A stretch of DNA of 60,773 bases, taken from NCBI GenBank assembly GCA_003161635.1, contig PMOA01000060.1, forward strand, positions 1-60,773. Direction: 5' to 3'. Position 1 is the stretch's first letter. Every line of letters starts with the position of its first letter. The position numbers and the translations under genes are program-made. This document shows, one piece after another, positions 8,707-17,814 of the stretch. The notes below the pieces were generated by a model. It saw only the letters and a program-made list of their open reading frames with translations. It did not search any database and was not told the DNA's origin. Source of the DNA: Limisphaerales bacterium (GTDB lineage: Bacteria > Verrucomicrobiota > Verrucomicrobiia > Limisphaerales > UBA11358).

Positions 8707-9324
8707 ATGAAAAAAACCAATTTAAGTTCATATTCGTCGGCGCTGGTTTTGGCGGCCGGTCTTTTCGCGGCAACTTTCCCGGCGGCAGGTCAATCTATAC
8801 TCATCGACATAAATCAGAGCAACCCTTCCGCCGTGCAATTCATCGCCACCGGTGCCAGCCCCATCGTTAATGATTTCAGTGTGTATAATTTATTCGGTGT
8901 GGATCTCAACAGTTACTTCACCGCCTCCGTAGCCGGCGGAGGTGCCGCCACCGGCAGCCTCATTCCCGCCGGGACAACCGCTGCCTACACCCAATGGTTC
9001 TCCGACAATCTGCTCAATAGCCCCAACACTGTGGATTTGAATTTGTATACCAGTAGCAACCCGCAGCTTCAGAATTTCAGCATCTCTAGCGCAGCTTTTA
9101 CCGGCACGGCAAACATTAATTTGTCTAGCTTGCTCGCAGATCTTCCTACCACCGGCACGAGCGGTCCGATCTATTCCGGAGACAGCCGTTCGTCGGGCCA
9201 GTTGATTGGCACTTGGCAGGTCGTGCCCGAGCCGTCGGTGGAGGCGCAACTGGCGCTGGGCGCAGTGGTGTTTGCGGGACTGGCGCTCGTCCGTCGCGCA
9301 CGCCGCGTGGCGGCCCGCCGGTGA
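8707..9324 (+). CDS. PEP-CTERM sorting-domain surface protein
   Basis: Signal peptide, S/T/N-rich body, VPEPS + TM helix + RRARR tail. Confidence 0.9.
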   Translation: MKKTNLSSYSSALVLAAGLFAATFPAAGQSILIDINQSNPSAVQFIATGASPIVNDFSVYNLFGVDLNSYFTASVAGGGAATGSLIPAGTTAAYTQWFSDNLLNSPNTVDLNLYTSSNPQLQNFSISSAAFTGTANINLSSLLADLPTTGTSGPIYSGDSRSSGQLIGTWQVVPEPSVEAQLALGAVVFAGLALVRRARRVAARR

Positions 9325-9469
9325 GTTTCTCGCTTGCGCGATTTTTGTTTTCTCCATGCCTCGGTGTCACCGAGGCGGATTCTTCCTTGCTCCAAAGTGA
9401 CCGGAGCGGTTGCTATTTAGTCAGCTAACGTGGCGAAGCATGGCAAGGCTTGTGTGATGCCCGCGAGAA

Positions 9470-9493
9470 AAACCTTCAACGAAACCTTCAACG
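9470..9493 (+). repeat. Tandem AAACCTTCAACG x2, probable integrase arm sites
   Basis: Perfect 12-bp tandem repeat about 150 bp before the arsC breakpoint. Confidence 0.6.
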
Positions 9494-9647
9494 ATTTCTT
9501 CAATAACCGAGTAAGAAGCGGGTAAGTGGCGGGTTAAGTCAGAAAGTTGGCGGATAGTGTCAAAAACCGCTTGAACCCCTATAAATCAAGTGTTAAAATA
9601 GCCTTGCAAATCAGGGTATTGAGGCTGGCAGTCGGTGAAGACCTCGT

Positions 9648-9974
9648 TCGAATCCGACCGGCCATGTTCATCCGCTGGCCATCAAGGTCATGGGCGAAGC
9701 GGGCATTGACATTTCCAGTCATCGCTCGAAACACCTGAAGGGATTTTTGGATCCGCCGGTTCACACCGTCATCACCGTTTGCGGCAACGCGGACCGGGCG
9801 TGCCCGATTTTCCCCGGCCAGGCAAATCGCCATCACTGGCTGTTTGACGACCCGGCCAAAGCGACCGGTAATGAAGAAGAAATCCTCGCCTGCTTCCGCC
9901 GTGTCCGCGATGAGATACGGCGCGTGTTTGAGGCCTACGCGGCAGGGTTGAGGGATGCAAAGCCCACTCGGTAG
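9648..9974 (+). pseudogene. arsC: 3' part of thioredoxin-type arsenate reductase (LMWP family), interrupted by the island
   Basis: SNPTGHVHPLAIKVMGEAGIDIS..ITVCGNAD..CP..HW.FDDPA..FRRVRDEI; the CX5R P-loop N-terminus is absent. Confidence 0.85.
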
Positions 9975-10032
9975 GGCGGAGCTGCTGCTCCGCCTTGATA
10001 AACGAAAGGCGGCGGAGCACCGCCGCCCTACC
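9970..10032. repeat. GTAG-type REP doublet (REPIN-like)
   Basis: GGTAGGGCGG...CCGCCCTACC with two internal hairpins; same family at 17433-17491 and 27115-27164. Confidence 0.8.
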
Positions 10033-10071
10033 ATTACGAGTGCTTGAAAACTGTGCCGTCGGTTTGCGCTC

Positions 10072-11112
10072 CTAATCAAATCTCCAACCGACCAGCAATG
10101 GAAATCCAGCAAGAAATTGTTCCGCCGTCAATCGCTTGCCGCTTTCGCGCTGCAACTCCAGAATCCGCAGCGCGCGCTCGCCACAACCAACTACAATGCC
10201 GGTTTTGTCCGCCGACAAAATCTCCCCCGGCCTTCGCTCTGAAGCTTCGGCCCGGCAAGCTGCTCCACTGGACTTTTCAACCACTTCCGCCTTCCAGATT
10301 TTTATCATCTTGGAGGGAAGCGCTTCGTCGCTTTCCTTACTTTTTGCAAATGAAGGCACTGACGAAGCAGTGCCCTCCATCGCTTTTGGCAAAAACGTAA
10401 ACGCGCCGGGCCAGGGCGTGAAAGCGCGCAGCCGGTTCCAAATTTCTCGCGCGGGCCGGTTCCAATCAATGCGGCCGTCTTCTTTTTTGATTTTTGCCGC
10501 GTGGCTCGCGCCGGCGGCGGGTTGCGGCGCCGGCTGGATTTTTCCGGCAACATAATCAGGCATGGTCTGGACGAGCAGTTCCGCGCCGAGTTGCGCGAGC
10601 CGGTCGTGAAGCGTGGCCGAGTCGTCTTCGAGACGAATGGGCGTGCGGCGTTGCGAAACGATTGGGCCGGTGTCCAGGCCCGCGTCCATTTTCATGATGG
10701 TGACGCCGGTCTCGGTGTCGCCGTTGGCAATGGCCCACTGAATCGGCGCCGCGCCACGATATTTGGGCAGCAGCGAAGTGTGCACGTTCAAACAGCCGTG
10801 GCGCGGCAAATCCAGGATCGCCAGCGGCAAAATCTGTCCGTAAGCCACGACGATGATGAGGTCAGGCTGTAAAGCGCGAAGTCCGGCGATGAATTTTTCG
10901 TTGCGGGCGCGTTCGGGTTGCAACACGGGCAGACCAAGCCGTAGTGCGAGCGATTTGACGGGTGATGGTTGCGGTTTGAGATCACGGCCTTTGGGCCGGT
11001 CGGGCTGCGTGACGACGGCGGCGATTTGAAATTGTGGATTGCCCGCCAATGCCTGGAGACTGGGGCAGGACAGTTCCGCCGTGCCCATGAAGATGATTCG
11101 CAACGCCGTCAT
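10072..11112 (-). CDS. fmt: Methionyl-tRNA formyltransferase
   Basis: IIFMGT, VVTQPDRPKGR, NVHTSLLPKYRGAAPIQW, PWPGA; two extra segments in the C-domain. Confidence 0.97.
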   Translation of the reverse strand: MTALRIIFMGTAELSCPSLQALAGNPQFQIAAVVTQPDRPKGRDLKPQPSPVKSLALRLGLPVLQPERARNEKFIAGLRALQPDLIIVVAYGQILPLAILDLPRHGCLNVHTSLLPKYRGAAPIQWAIANGDTETGVTIMKMDAGLDTGPIVSQRRTPIRLEDDSATLHDRLAQLGAELLVQTMPDYVAGKIQPAPQPAAGASHAAKIKKEDGRIDWNRPAREIWNRLRAFTPWPGAFTFLPKAMEGTASSVPSFAKSKESDEALPSKMIKIWKAEVVEKSSGAACRAEASERRPGEILSADKTGIVVGCGERALRILELQRESGKRLTAEQFLAGFPLLVGWRFD

Positions 11113-11156
11113 GCGGACAGCGAAAGGGAAATTGCGCTCAGGCGAAAGGAAAAACT

Positions 11157-11420
11157 GTAGCGGCACGCTTCCAGCGTGCCGGTGATGGCGGCTTCCAGCC
11201 GCCAAGTTGGGTGGGGATGCCGGTCATGCCCCGGGTTCTACGAGGCTGAATCCTGGGAGCGCCGGTGTCCACCCTCCGCAGTGCTGCTACGCCCGTCCTC
11301 CGCCGTAGCCTCGCTACGGAGGGTGGAGAGGACGGGTCTCACCGGCGTGTTTGCCGAGGGACTGGCCGGCGGGACGCCAGTCGTCGCTCCGCTATGCCCC
11401 GGCAAGCCGGCGCTCCCGGG
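11157..11420. repeat. Composite REP cluster with nested insertion
   Basis: GTAG...CTAC unit (11157-11240) plus GGGAGCGCCGG...CCGGCGCTCCC unit holding a 69-nt nested palindrome. Confidence 0.75.
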
Positions 11421-11436
11421 GAAAAGAGTCGCGCGA

Positions 11437-12018
11437 TCAATGTTTGACGGCGATGCGCAGAATGTCGGCGAGGACCCTGGCCGGCGTCTGGTCCGCGTTA
11501 ATTTCATGCACAAGGCGCTTGCCGTAAAACTTGAGGACGGGCTTGGTTTCCTTCTCGTAAGTCTTGAGCCGCTGGCGGATGACATCGAGATTCGCATCGT
11601 CGAGGCGGTTTTCCTTGATGGCGCGGCGCTGAATGCGGGCAACGAGATTCTCCGGATTGACCAAGCGCAGATAATAAACGCCGGCCACATCGAGCGAGTC
11701 ACTCAACATCCCGGCCTGCTCCACGTTGCGTGGGATGCCGTCGAGCACCAGCGTGTCCTCGTCGGGATGAAACCGTCCAGCGGCAATGGTCTGGCCGATG
11801 GATTCGCGCCAGAGGGCGACGGTGGTTTCATCCGGCACCAGTTCGCCCCGACTGGAGTAGGCGACAAAAATCCTCCCCAGTTCACTGTCGGTCCGGAGGT
11901 TGCGGAAAACGTCGCCGCACGCGCAATGAAAGAAATGCGGAATGACTCCGAAGATTTTGCCCTGGGTGCCCTTGCCCGAGCCGGGCGCGCCGAACAAAAG
12001 AATGCTGCGATATTTCAC
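11437..12018 (-). CDS. adk: Adenylate/nucleoside monophosphate kinase
   Basis: GAPGSGKGTQ P-loop, G.LVPD, LDGIPR, R.DD. Confidence 0.88.
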   Translation of the reverse strand: MKYRSILLFGAPGSGKGTQGKIFGVIPHFFHCACGDVFRNLRTDSELGRIFVAYSSRGELVPDETTVALWRESIGQTIAAGRFHPDEDTLVLDGIPRNVEQAGMLSDSLDVAGVYYLRLVNPENLVARIQRRAIKENRLDDANLDVIRQRLKTYEKETKPVLKFYGKRLVHEINADQTPARVLADILRIAVKH

Positions 12019-12962
12019 GCGCCTTTGGGTTTGAGTTGAACCTCCACGATTTCAGCGAACGGCACCATGACTTCCTGTTTTGCCGCACCTTGGGCGACCT
12101 CCACATGCATTTCATTGGTGGCGATGCGCGTGATGCGCTCGACAACGAATAGCGCGCGCCCCGTTTTCACGGTCAGCATCAGGTTTTTTTCGGCTTCGCG
12201 CCGGATCATGCTGAAGAAACCGGAAAACTTCGTCTCAAAAAAACGGCGGTTAAACGTGAATTGTCCGCGCTGAAAAATCTGCGGCGCGCCGGGCTCAGCG
12301 GCCGGCGCCGCCGATGATTTCCCCTGCCATGAAGCCTCAACGATGTGAATTCCAGCCGTCACGGGCTGTGCGGCGTCCGGCACGGTAAAAGTGTGCGGCG
12401 CGGCTTCGGGTGGCGTTGCGACCGGCTCGGGGGCTGCAACGCGCACGGGCATCGCGAGAAAAATAATCGGCCCCAAAATCGGCAGCACCACCGCCACGCC
12501 CATTACCAGCGCAATCGGCCGCGACCGCACCACGGCAATCTCATAGCCCGCGAAAATGTTCGCCGCGTAAATCAGCATCAGCACGACCAGCCCGACTGAC
12601 GACGAAAACAGGGCGCCGAACAGGGATTGTTTCGGCGGCAATTCCAAGCGCGACACTTCGTGAACTTTTACTTCTCCCGCTTTCACTCTTTCTGGTGGTG
12701 GAGTTTCAATGAACGGTTCCGCGAGCGGTTTGATTTTGGGATTGTTCGCCAGTTGCTTGAGCGCGTCCTGGGAAAATTTCGTCCACGGCACGCGTTGGGA
12801 GTATTTGTCCACGTCCAGCCGGAAAACGACGCCGTTGTCGTTGTACGAAATCACGTCGCCGGTCACCGACGTGCCGTCGGTCAAAGGAAACGTGTCCGCG
12901 CCAACGGCGACAAACAGTCCGCAAAGCCAGAGACCGAAAATTGTCCAAAAGATTCTGCGCAC
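12015..12962 (-). CDS. Hypothetical membrane protein
   Basis: Signal peptide, two central TM helices; 4-nt overlap with adk. Confidence 0.8.
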   Translation of the reverse strand: MRRIFWTIFGLWLCGLFVAVGADTFPLTDGTSVTGDVISYNDNGVVFRLDVDKYSQRVPWTKFSQDALKQLANNPKIKPLAEPFIETPPPERVKAGEVKVHEVSRLELPPKQSLFGALFSSSVGLVVLMLIYAANIFAGYEIAVVRSRPIALVMGVAVVLPILGPIIFLAMPVRVAAPEPVATPPEAAPHTFTVPDAAQPVTAGIHIVEASWQGKSSAAPAAEPGAPQIFQRGQFTFNRRFFETKFSGFFSMIRREAEKNLMLTVKTGRALFVVERITRIATNEMHVEVAQGAAKQEVMVPFAEIVEVQLKPKGA

Positions 12963-13003
12963 GAAAAACTTTTAACAAATGCAAACGCGATGCGAAAGAA
13001 AAT

Positions 13004-14425
13004 TCAGCGCGCGTTCCCCAATTCGCCAATCAAATCCTCGATGACCCAGTTTGCCCGCGCCGCCTGCAATTTGTCCGCCGCCGCGCCGTGCTGCCAGACG
13101 GCAAAACGAATTAATTTACTGACGTCGGCTTGCAACGGCCGCTGCGCGAGCAATCCCGCGATGTAACCCGCCAGCACGTCGCCACTGCCGCCCTGCGCCA
13201 GATGCGGATTGCCGGACGAATTCACAAAAATTTCGTCTTCGCTCCGGCCCACGAGCGTCTGATGTCCCTTCAACACGACCCAGCAATTGCCGTAACGCCG
13301 CGAGATTTCGCGCACCGCCTGCGGACGGTTCAACTGGACCTGCTGTGTGGTCGTATTCAGCAACTGCGCCGCTTCGCCGGGATGCGGCGTGACGATGCGG
13401 ATGGCATTTTTTGCCGACGGTCCCATCGGCAGCCAGTCCAGGGTGCTGGCGTCCACGACCACCGGCAAAAGCGAGTCGCGCCAAATCCGCCGCGTGGTCG
13501 TCGGGGACATGACATCAGCCAAACCGGGCGCTGCCAGCCCGGGACCCACCAGAACGGCGTTCACCGTATCGAGCAGTCTAAAGTCAGGCGTCCACAAATT
13601 CACCATCACCGCCTGCAATTGCGCCGACACCATATGATAGACGGATTCCTGGGTGAAAAGAGTAATCAAGCCGGGCTGGGCGCGTTGCGCGGCGCGGGCG
13701 GCCAAAACCGCCGCGCCGTGAAAGCCAAAACTGCCGGCGATGATCCCCAAATGCCCAAACGCGCCCTTGTGACCGGACACCGATCGGCGCGGGGGGAAAT
13801 TTTGAAAATCTTCCGGCAACGTCCAATTCAACTCACTCGTCTGCGGACACGGAATCAGGCCGACGTCGTCCGCGACTTCGAGCCGGCCGACAAACGGCCA
13901 CGCGTTGTGCGCGAGCAAACCGGTTTTGGGCGTGCCGATGGTCAATGTGACCGCCGCTTCAATCGCCACGCCCGGCGATGCGGGGTCGCCGGTGTCGGCA
14001 TTCAAGCCGGATGGCACGTCCACCGCCAAAACTGGAATTCCCGACCGGTTGACAGTCTCGATGATTTTTTTCCAGTCGTGGGTCAGCGGCCGGTCAAGTC
14101 CGATGCCGAACAAGCCGTCAATGACCAACGCCGGTTTTTGTAACAGCACCCGCTCGAGTTCCGGCAGGTCGTTTTCGGGCGCGGCGATGTCGAGGGTTTC
14201 GACGCGGCGATCGGTCAAAAATTCCCGTGCGGCGCGGGCGTCGTCGCCGTTGTGGCCTTTGCCGGCGAGAATCAAAATCGCGTCGCCGGGCCGCGTGAGT
14301 TGCAACGCGCGTTGCGCGATTTTTCCGCCAACGCGATGGATGACTTCGGCCTCGGTCTGACCGGTTTCCCACGTGGCCCGTTCCCATTCACGCATTTGCG
14401 CGATGCTGATTACCGGAAGTGACAT
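13004..14425 (-). CDS. nnr: Bifunctional NAD(P)H-hydrate epimerase/dehydratase
   Basis: GKGHNGDD, DGLFGIG, DVPSG, HKG.FG, TPHPGEA, GGSGDVLAG. Confidence 0.95.
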   Translation of the reverse strand: MSLPVISIAQMREWERATWETGQTEAEVIHRVGGKIAQRALQLTRPGDAILILAGKGHNGDDARAAREFLTDRRVETLDIAAPENDLPELERVLLQKPALVIDGLFGIGLDRPLTHDWKKIIETVNRSGIPVLAVDVPSGLNADTGDPASPGVAIEAAVTLTIGTPKTGLLAHNAWPFVGRLEVADDVGLIPCPQTSELNWTLPEDFQNFPPRRSVSGHKGAFGHLGIIAGSFGFHGAAVLAARAAQRAQPGLITLFTQESVYHMVSAQLQAVMVNLWTPDFRLLDTVNAVLVGPGLAAPGLADVMSPTTTRRIWRDSLLPVVVDASTLDWLPMGPSAKNAIRIVTPHPGEAAQLLNTTTQQVQLNRPQAVREISRRYGNCWVVLKGHQTLVGRSEDEIFVNSSGNPHLAQGGSGDVLAGYIAGLLAQRPLQADVSKLIRFAVWQHGAAADKLQAARANWVIEDLIGELGNAR

Positions 14426-14843
14426 GGCGCGAGCCTAGCAAAATTTCCCGGGGAAGCGAAAGCGGAAAACCGCAAGGGGCGCGGGCTGCCGGCTGCTCGC
14501 GCTGGAGTTCAGGCTTCAGCCGCAACTATTCAGTCTGGGAGAAACGAAATTAACGCAAAGAAGCGGAGGCGCGAAGCGGATGAAGCCGGTTCAATCCTGC
14601 CCGCCAAATAGTAACCGTGGCCAACCTGGCCAGAGAACCATTCTTCCGCTGCGTCTTTGCACCGCTTGCTCGCGACACCGACTTTGTCGCGTGCTCGCGG
14701 AAACGGAGTTTATTGGAGTTGCGCCTTTGCGTTGAAACCTTTTTGAATACTTACGGTTTCAGCCTGCATTACGGGAACAATCCCACAGTGCGCGGGATTG
14801 AACTCCAACATCTCGCGGACAAGCTGTCCGCGCTCCGGTGCTT

Positions 14844-14883
14844 TCGTCACCCAATTGTCACAAGGTTGTCACCCAACCGAAAT
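14844..14883 (+). promoter_or_regulatory. Tandem Pho boxes
   Basis: TCGTCAC(14844)/TTGTCAC(14855)/TTGTCAC(14866)/CCGAAAT(14877) at an exact 11-bp period, 24 nt before the phoB-like ATG. Confidence 0.8.
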
Positions 14884-14906
14884 TGTGTGACGATGGCGCG
14901 CGTGAT

Positions 14907-15599
14907 ATGCAACCAAGGGTGAAGCCGCGAATTTTAGTGGTGGATGATGAACCGGAAGCGGTTGAACTCGTGGAGTTCAACCTCAAGCAGGCCGGCTATG
15001 CGGTGACGACGGCGGCGGACGGCGCGGAGGCGCTGAAAAAGGCGCGGTCGCAAACACCGGATTTGATCGTGCTCGACGTGATGCTGCCGGAAATGGACGG
15101 CTTTGAGATTTGCAAGACGCTGCGGCTCGACCCGGCCACCGCCAGGGTCCCCATCATCATGCTCACGGCCAAGGCCGCGGAGATTGACCGCGTGCTCGGC
15201 CTCGAACTGGGCGCGGATGATTACCTGACCAAGCCGTTCAGTCCGCGCGAACTTCTGCTCCGCATCAAAAAAATCCTTTCGCGGGGCGAGACCGGAGAAA
15301 AACCGCGCGACCAGATGCGGTTCGGGGACTTGCTGATTGACGTGCCGCGGCATCTGGCAAGCTGGAAGGACCGGCCGTTTGAATTGACGGCGACCGAGTT
15401 CAAGCTGCTTACCACCCTCGCGCAACGCTCCGGTCGCGTGCAATCCCGAGACGCTTTGCTTCGGGACGTGTGGGAATACGACAGCCTCATTGATACGCGC
15501 ACGGTGGACACGCACATGCGCCGCCTCCGCGAAAAACTCGGTCCCGCATCAAAGCATCTGGACACCGTCCGCGGCGTCGGTTACCGGTTTGTGGAATGA
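14907..15599 (+). CDS. phoB: OmpR/PhoB-family response regulator
   Basis: LVVDDE, LDVMLP, GADDYLTKPF, RTVDTHMRRLREKL, TVRGVGY; Pho boxes upstream. Confidence 0.85.
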   Translation: MQPRVKPRILVVDDEPEAVELVEFNLKQAGYAVTTAADGAEALKKARSQTPDLIVLDVMLPEMDGFEICKTLRLDPATARVPIIMLTAKAAEIDRVLGLELGADDYLTKPFSPRELLLRIKKILSRGETGEKPRDQMRFGDLLIDVPRHLASWKDRPFELTATEFKLLTTLAQRSGRVQSRDALLRDVWEYDSLIDTRTVDTHMRRLREKLGPASKHLDTVRGVGYRFVE

Positions 15600-15611
15600 G
15601 CAAAGGTTGGG

Positions 15612-15709
15612 AACATCGAACATTGAACATCCAACATCCAACGCCCAAATGTCAGCAACCGGGCGTCATTGGATGTTGGGTCCCGCTTTGCGGGATTGAA
15701 TGTTGGATG
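15612..15709. repeat. Heptamer tandem repeats in inverted arrangement
   Basis: (AACATCS/AACATTG)n at 15612-15642 facing (TTGGATG/TTGAATG)n at 15669-15709. Confidence 0.7.
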
Positions 15710-15735
15710 ATTCTTCAATTTCACTTTCCCCAACC

Positions 15736-16908
15736 ATGTGGCCGTTCCTGACCATCGTCGCGGTTGCCGCAACCGTTGTAATTCATTTCTGGTGGCGGCA
15801 TAAATTTCTCCACCAACGGCGGCAGATGCAGGCCGAAATGGAGGAGCTTCAACGACGGCAGCAGCAAACAACGACTGCCGCCAAGGCCCAGCAACAGGTC
15901 CTGTTCAACAGCATGTTGGAGGGGTTGCTTTTGCTCGACCGCAACCGCCGGATTTACCTCGCCAATCGCGCGTTCAAAAATCTTTTCGGACTGAAAACCG
16001 AGCTGCGCGGCAAAACCGTCATGGAAGCCCTGCGCGTGCATGAACTCGCCGCGCTGGTCGAGCGCGTCGAAAGCGGCGGACAGGTGCTGGATTATGAATT
16101 GAAATTGCCGGAGTTGAGCGAGCGCTGGCTGCAGGTCAACGCCGCCGCCATTTCCAATTCCGCCGGCGAACGCGAAGGCACGATTCTGGTCTTCCACGAT
16201 CTGACGCGGCTCAAGCAGCTCGAGCGCACGCGCGAGGAATTCGTCGCCAACGTCAGCCACGAATTGCGCACGCCGCTCTCGCTCATCAAAGGTTACGTCG
16301 AAACGCTGCTCGACGGCGCGCGCGACAACCCCGAAGTCGCCGAGCGCTTTCTCAAAATCATCGAACGCAACGCCAGCCGGCTCGATTTGCTGATTCAAGA
16401 CTTGCTCACCATTTCCGCACTGGAATCCGGGCGGATTACATTGAATTTGCAGCCTGTCCCGCTGCGTCCACTCGCCGAAAAAATTCTGGCCGACCTCAAA
16501 ACGCGCACCGACGCGAAAGACGTGAAACTCGTCAACGATTTGCCCGAACTCACCGCGATGGCGGACGCGAACCGGCTCGAACAGGTCCTCGCCAACCTCG
16601 TGGACAACGCCATCAAATATGGCCGCGCGGAAGGCACGGTCACGGTGGGCGGGCGCAAGGACGATGCGGATAAGATTGAAATTTTTGTGCAGGACGACGG
16701 GCCGGGCATTCCGTCCGAGGCGCTCGACCGCGTATTCGAACGGTTTTATCGGGTGGACAAGGCGCGCTCGCGCGAGCAGGGCGGGACGGGTCTGGGTTTG
16801 TCCATCGTCAAACACATCGTGCAAAACCACGGCGGCAAAGTCTGGGTGAAAAGCGAGTTGGGCAAGGGCGCGACGTTTTTCTTCACGCTGCCACCGGGAG
16901 AGAAATAA
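15736..16908 (+). CDS. phoR: PAS-domain sensor histidine kinase, PhoR-like
   Basis: One TM, PAS, FVANVSHELRTPL, NLVDNAIKY, FERFYRVDKARSRE.GGTGLGL. Confidence 0.85.
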   Translation: MWPFLTIVAVAATVVIHFWWRHKFLHQRRQMQAEMEELQRRQQQTTTAAKAQQQVLFNSMLEGLLLLDRNRRIYLANRAFKNLFGLKTELRGKTVMEALRVHELAALVERVESGGQVLDYELKLPELSERWLQVNAAAISNSAGEREGTILVFHDLTRLKQLERTREEFVANVSHELRTPLSLIKGYVETLLDGARDNPEVAERFLKIIERNASRLDLLIQDLLTISALESGRITLNLQPVPLRPLAEKILADLKTRTDAKDVKLVNDLPELTAMADANRLEQVLANLVDNAIKYGRAEGTVTVGGRKDDADKIEIFVQDDGPGIPSEALDRVFERFYRVDKARSREQGGTGLGLSIVKHIVQNHGGKVWVKSELGKGATFFFTLPPGEK

Positions 16909-16944
16909 ACTTGGTCGGCAGGCGCGCCGGTTTTATAGTCGGGC

Positions 16945-17424
16945 ATGGTTCACGTTGGCATTGGCTATGACGTTCACGCGCTGGTCGCGGGACGCAAACT
17001 CATTCTCGGCGGCGTCGAGATCCCGCACTCCAAGGGCCTGGACGGCCATTCGGACGCGGACGCGCTCATGCACGCGATTTGCGACGCGGTCCTCGGCGCG
17101 CTCGGCGAGGAGGACATCGGCCATTTTTTCCCGAACACCGACCCGCGCTGGAAAGGCGCGCCCAGCAAGGTGTTTCTTGAAGAAGCCGCCAGGCAGGTTG
17201 CGAGGCGCAAAGGCAAAATTGTGAACGTGGACGCGACCATCATCGCGCAGGAGCCCAAAATTTATCCGCACATTGCCGAAATGAAGACGCGCATTGCCGC
17301 CGCGCTCGGTGTTTCCGAAAAGCAAATCGGCGTGAAAGCCACCACGAACGAAAAGATGGGGTTCGTTGGACGCGAGGAAGGCATCGCCGCGATGGCGGTC
17401 GCCAGCATCAATTTGCCGGAATAA
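16945..17424 (+). CDS. ispF: 2-C-methyl-D-erythritol 2,4-cyclodiphosphate synthase
   Basis: GIGYDVH, GHSDAD, DIG.FFP, KATTNE. Confidence 0.97.
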   Translation: MVHVGIGYDVHALVAGRKLILGGVEIPHSKGLDGHSDADALMHAICDAVLGALGEEDIGHFFPNTDPRWKGAPSKVFLEEAARQVARRKGKIVNVDATIIAQEPKIYPHIAEMKTRIAAALGVSEKQIGVKATTNEKMGFVGREEGIAAMAVASINLPE

Positions 17425-17497
17425 ATTTGCAAGGTAGGGCCGCGTTGCCGCGCGGCCCCAATTTTGGGACGAGCAGCAGCTCGTCCCTGCCGAAAAA

Positions 17498-17767
17498 ATG
17501 CCCAAGGCTGAAATCAGTTGGAAGCGGGTCACGGAAGATGGCGTGAAGCTGCAGGTTAATGCCCAGCGCGTGAGCCGCGAGTGGCGGTTCTTCCAACGCG
17601 AAAAGCGTTTCGATCAATGGCAACCCGTGCCCGAACCGCCGCTGGAGGACTGGCTGGAATTGCTCGACGCGGTGCAACGGCTCATCACGCGCCGCCGTTT
17701 GCAGCCGGAACACGAGGAGCGTCTTCGCCGCCGGATCCGCGAACGGTTTCCCGAGGCGAAAATTTAG
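17498..17767 (+). CDS. Hypothetical protein
   Basis: 89-aa ORF in operon orientation. Confidence 0.7.
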   Translation: MPKAEISWKRVTEDGVKLQVNAQRVSREWRFFQREKRFDQWQPVPEPPLEDWLELLDAVQRLITRRRLQPEHEERLRRRIRERFPEAKI

Positions 17768-17814
17768 TGCGCCTGTGGCTGGACAAACCGGGGCGATTTG
17801 GATTAAAGCACACC

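Larger units (their letters stand above)
1..9655. mobile_element. Right part of a composite, decaying genomic island (left end outside the window)
   Basis: Three att-like scars (3369-3389, 3471-3499, 9646-9655), tyrosine-integrase remnant, truncated genes, AT-richer cargo; ends exactly where arsC resumes. Confidence 0.75.

Noticed and set aside
9625-9670. Possible intact tRNA around GTTCGAATCC
   Set aside because: No acceptor, D or anticodon arms; the sequence continues in frame as arsC
10033-10071. Possible orphan old tail of fmt next to a REP
   Set aside because: Short open stretch ending in TAA but similarity to the fmt C-terminus is not convincing
13972-13992. Small palindrome inside nnr (DPASPG)
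   Set aside because: Only a 7-bp GC stem; could be chance in GC-rich DNA
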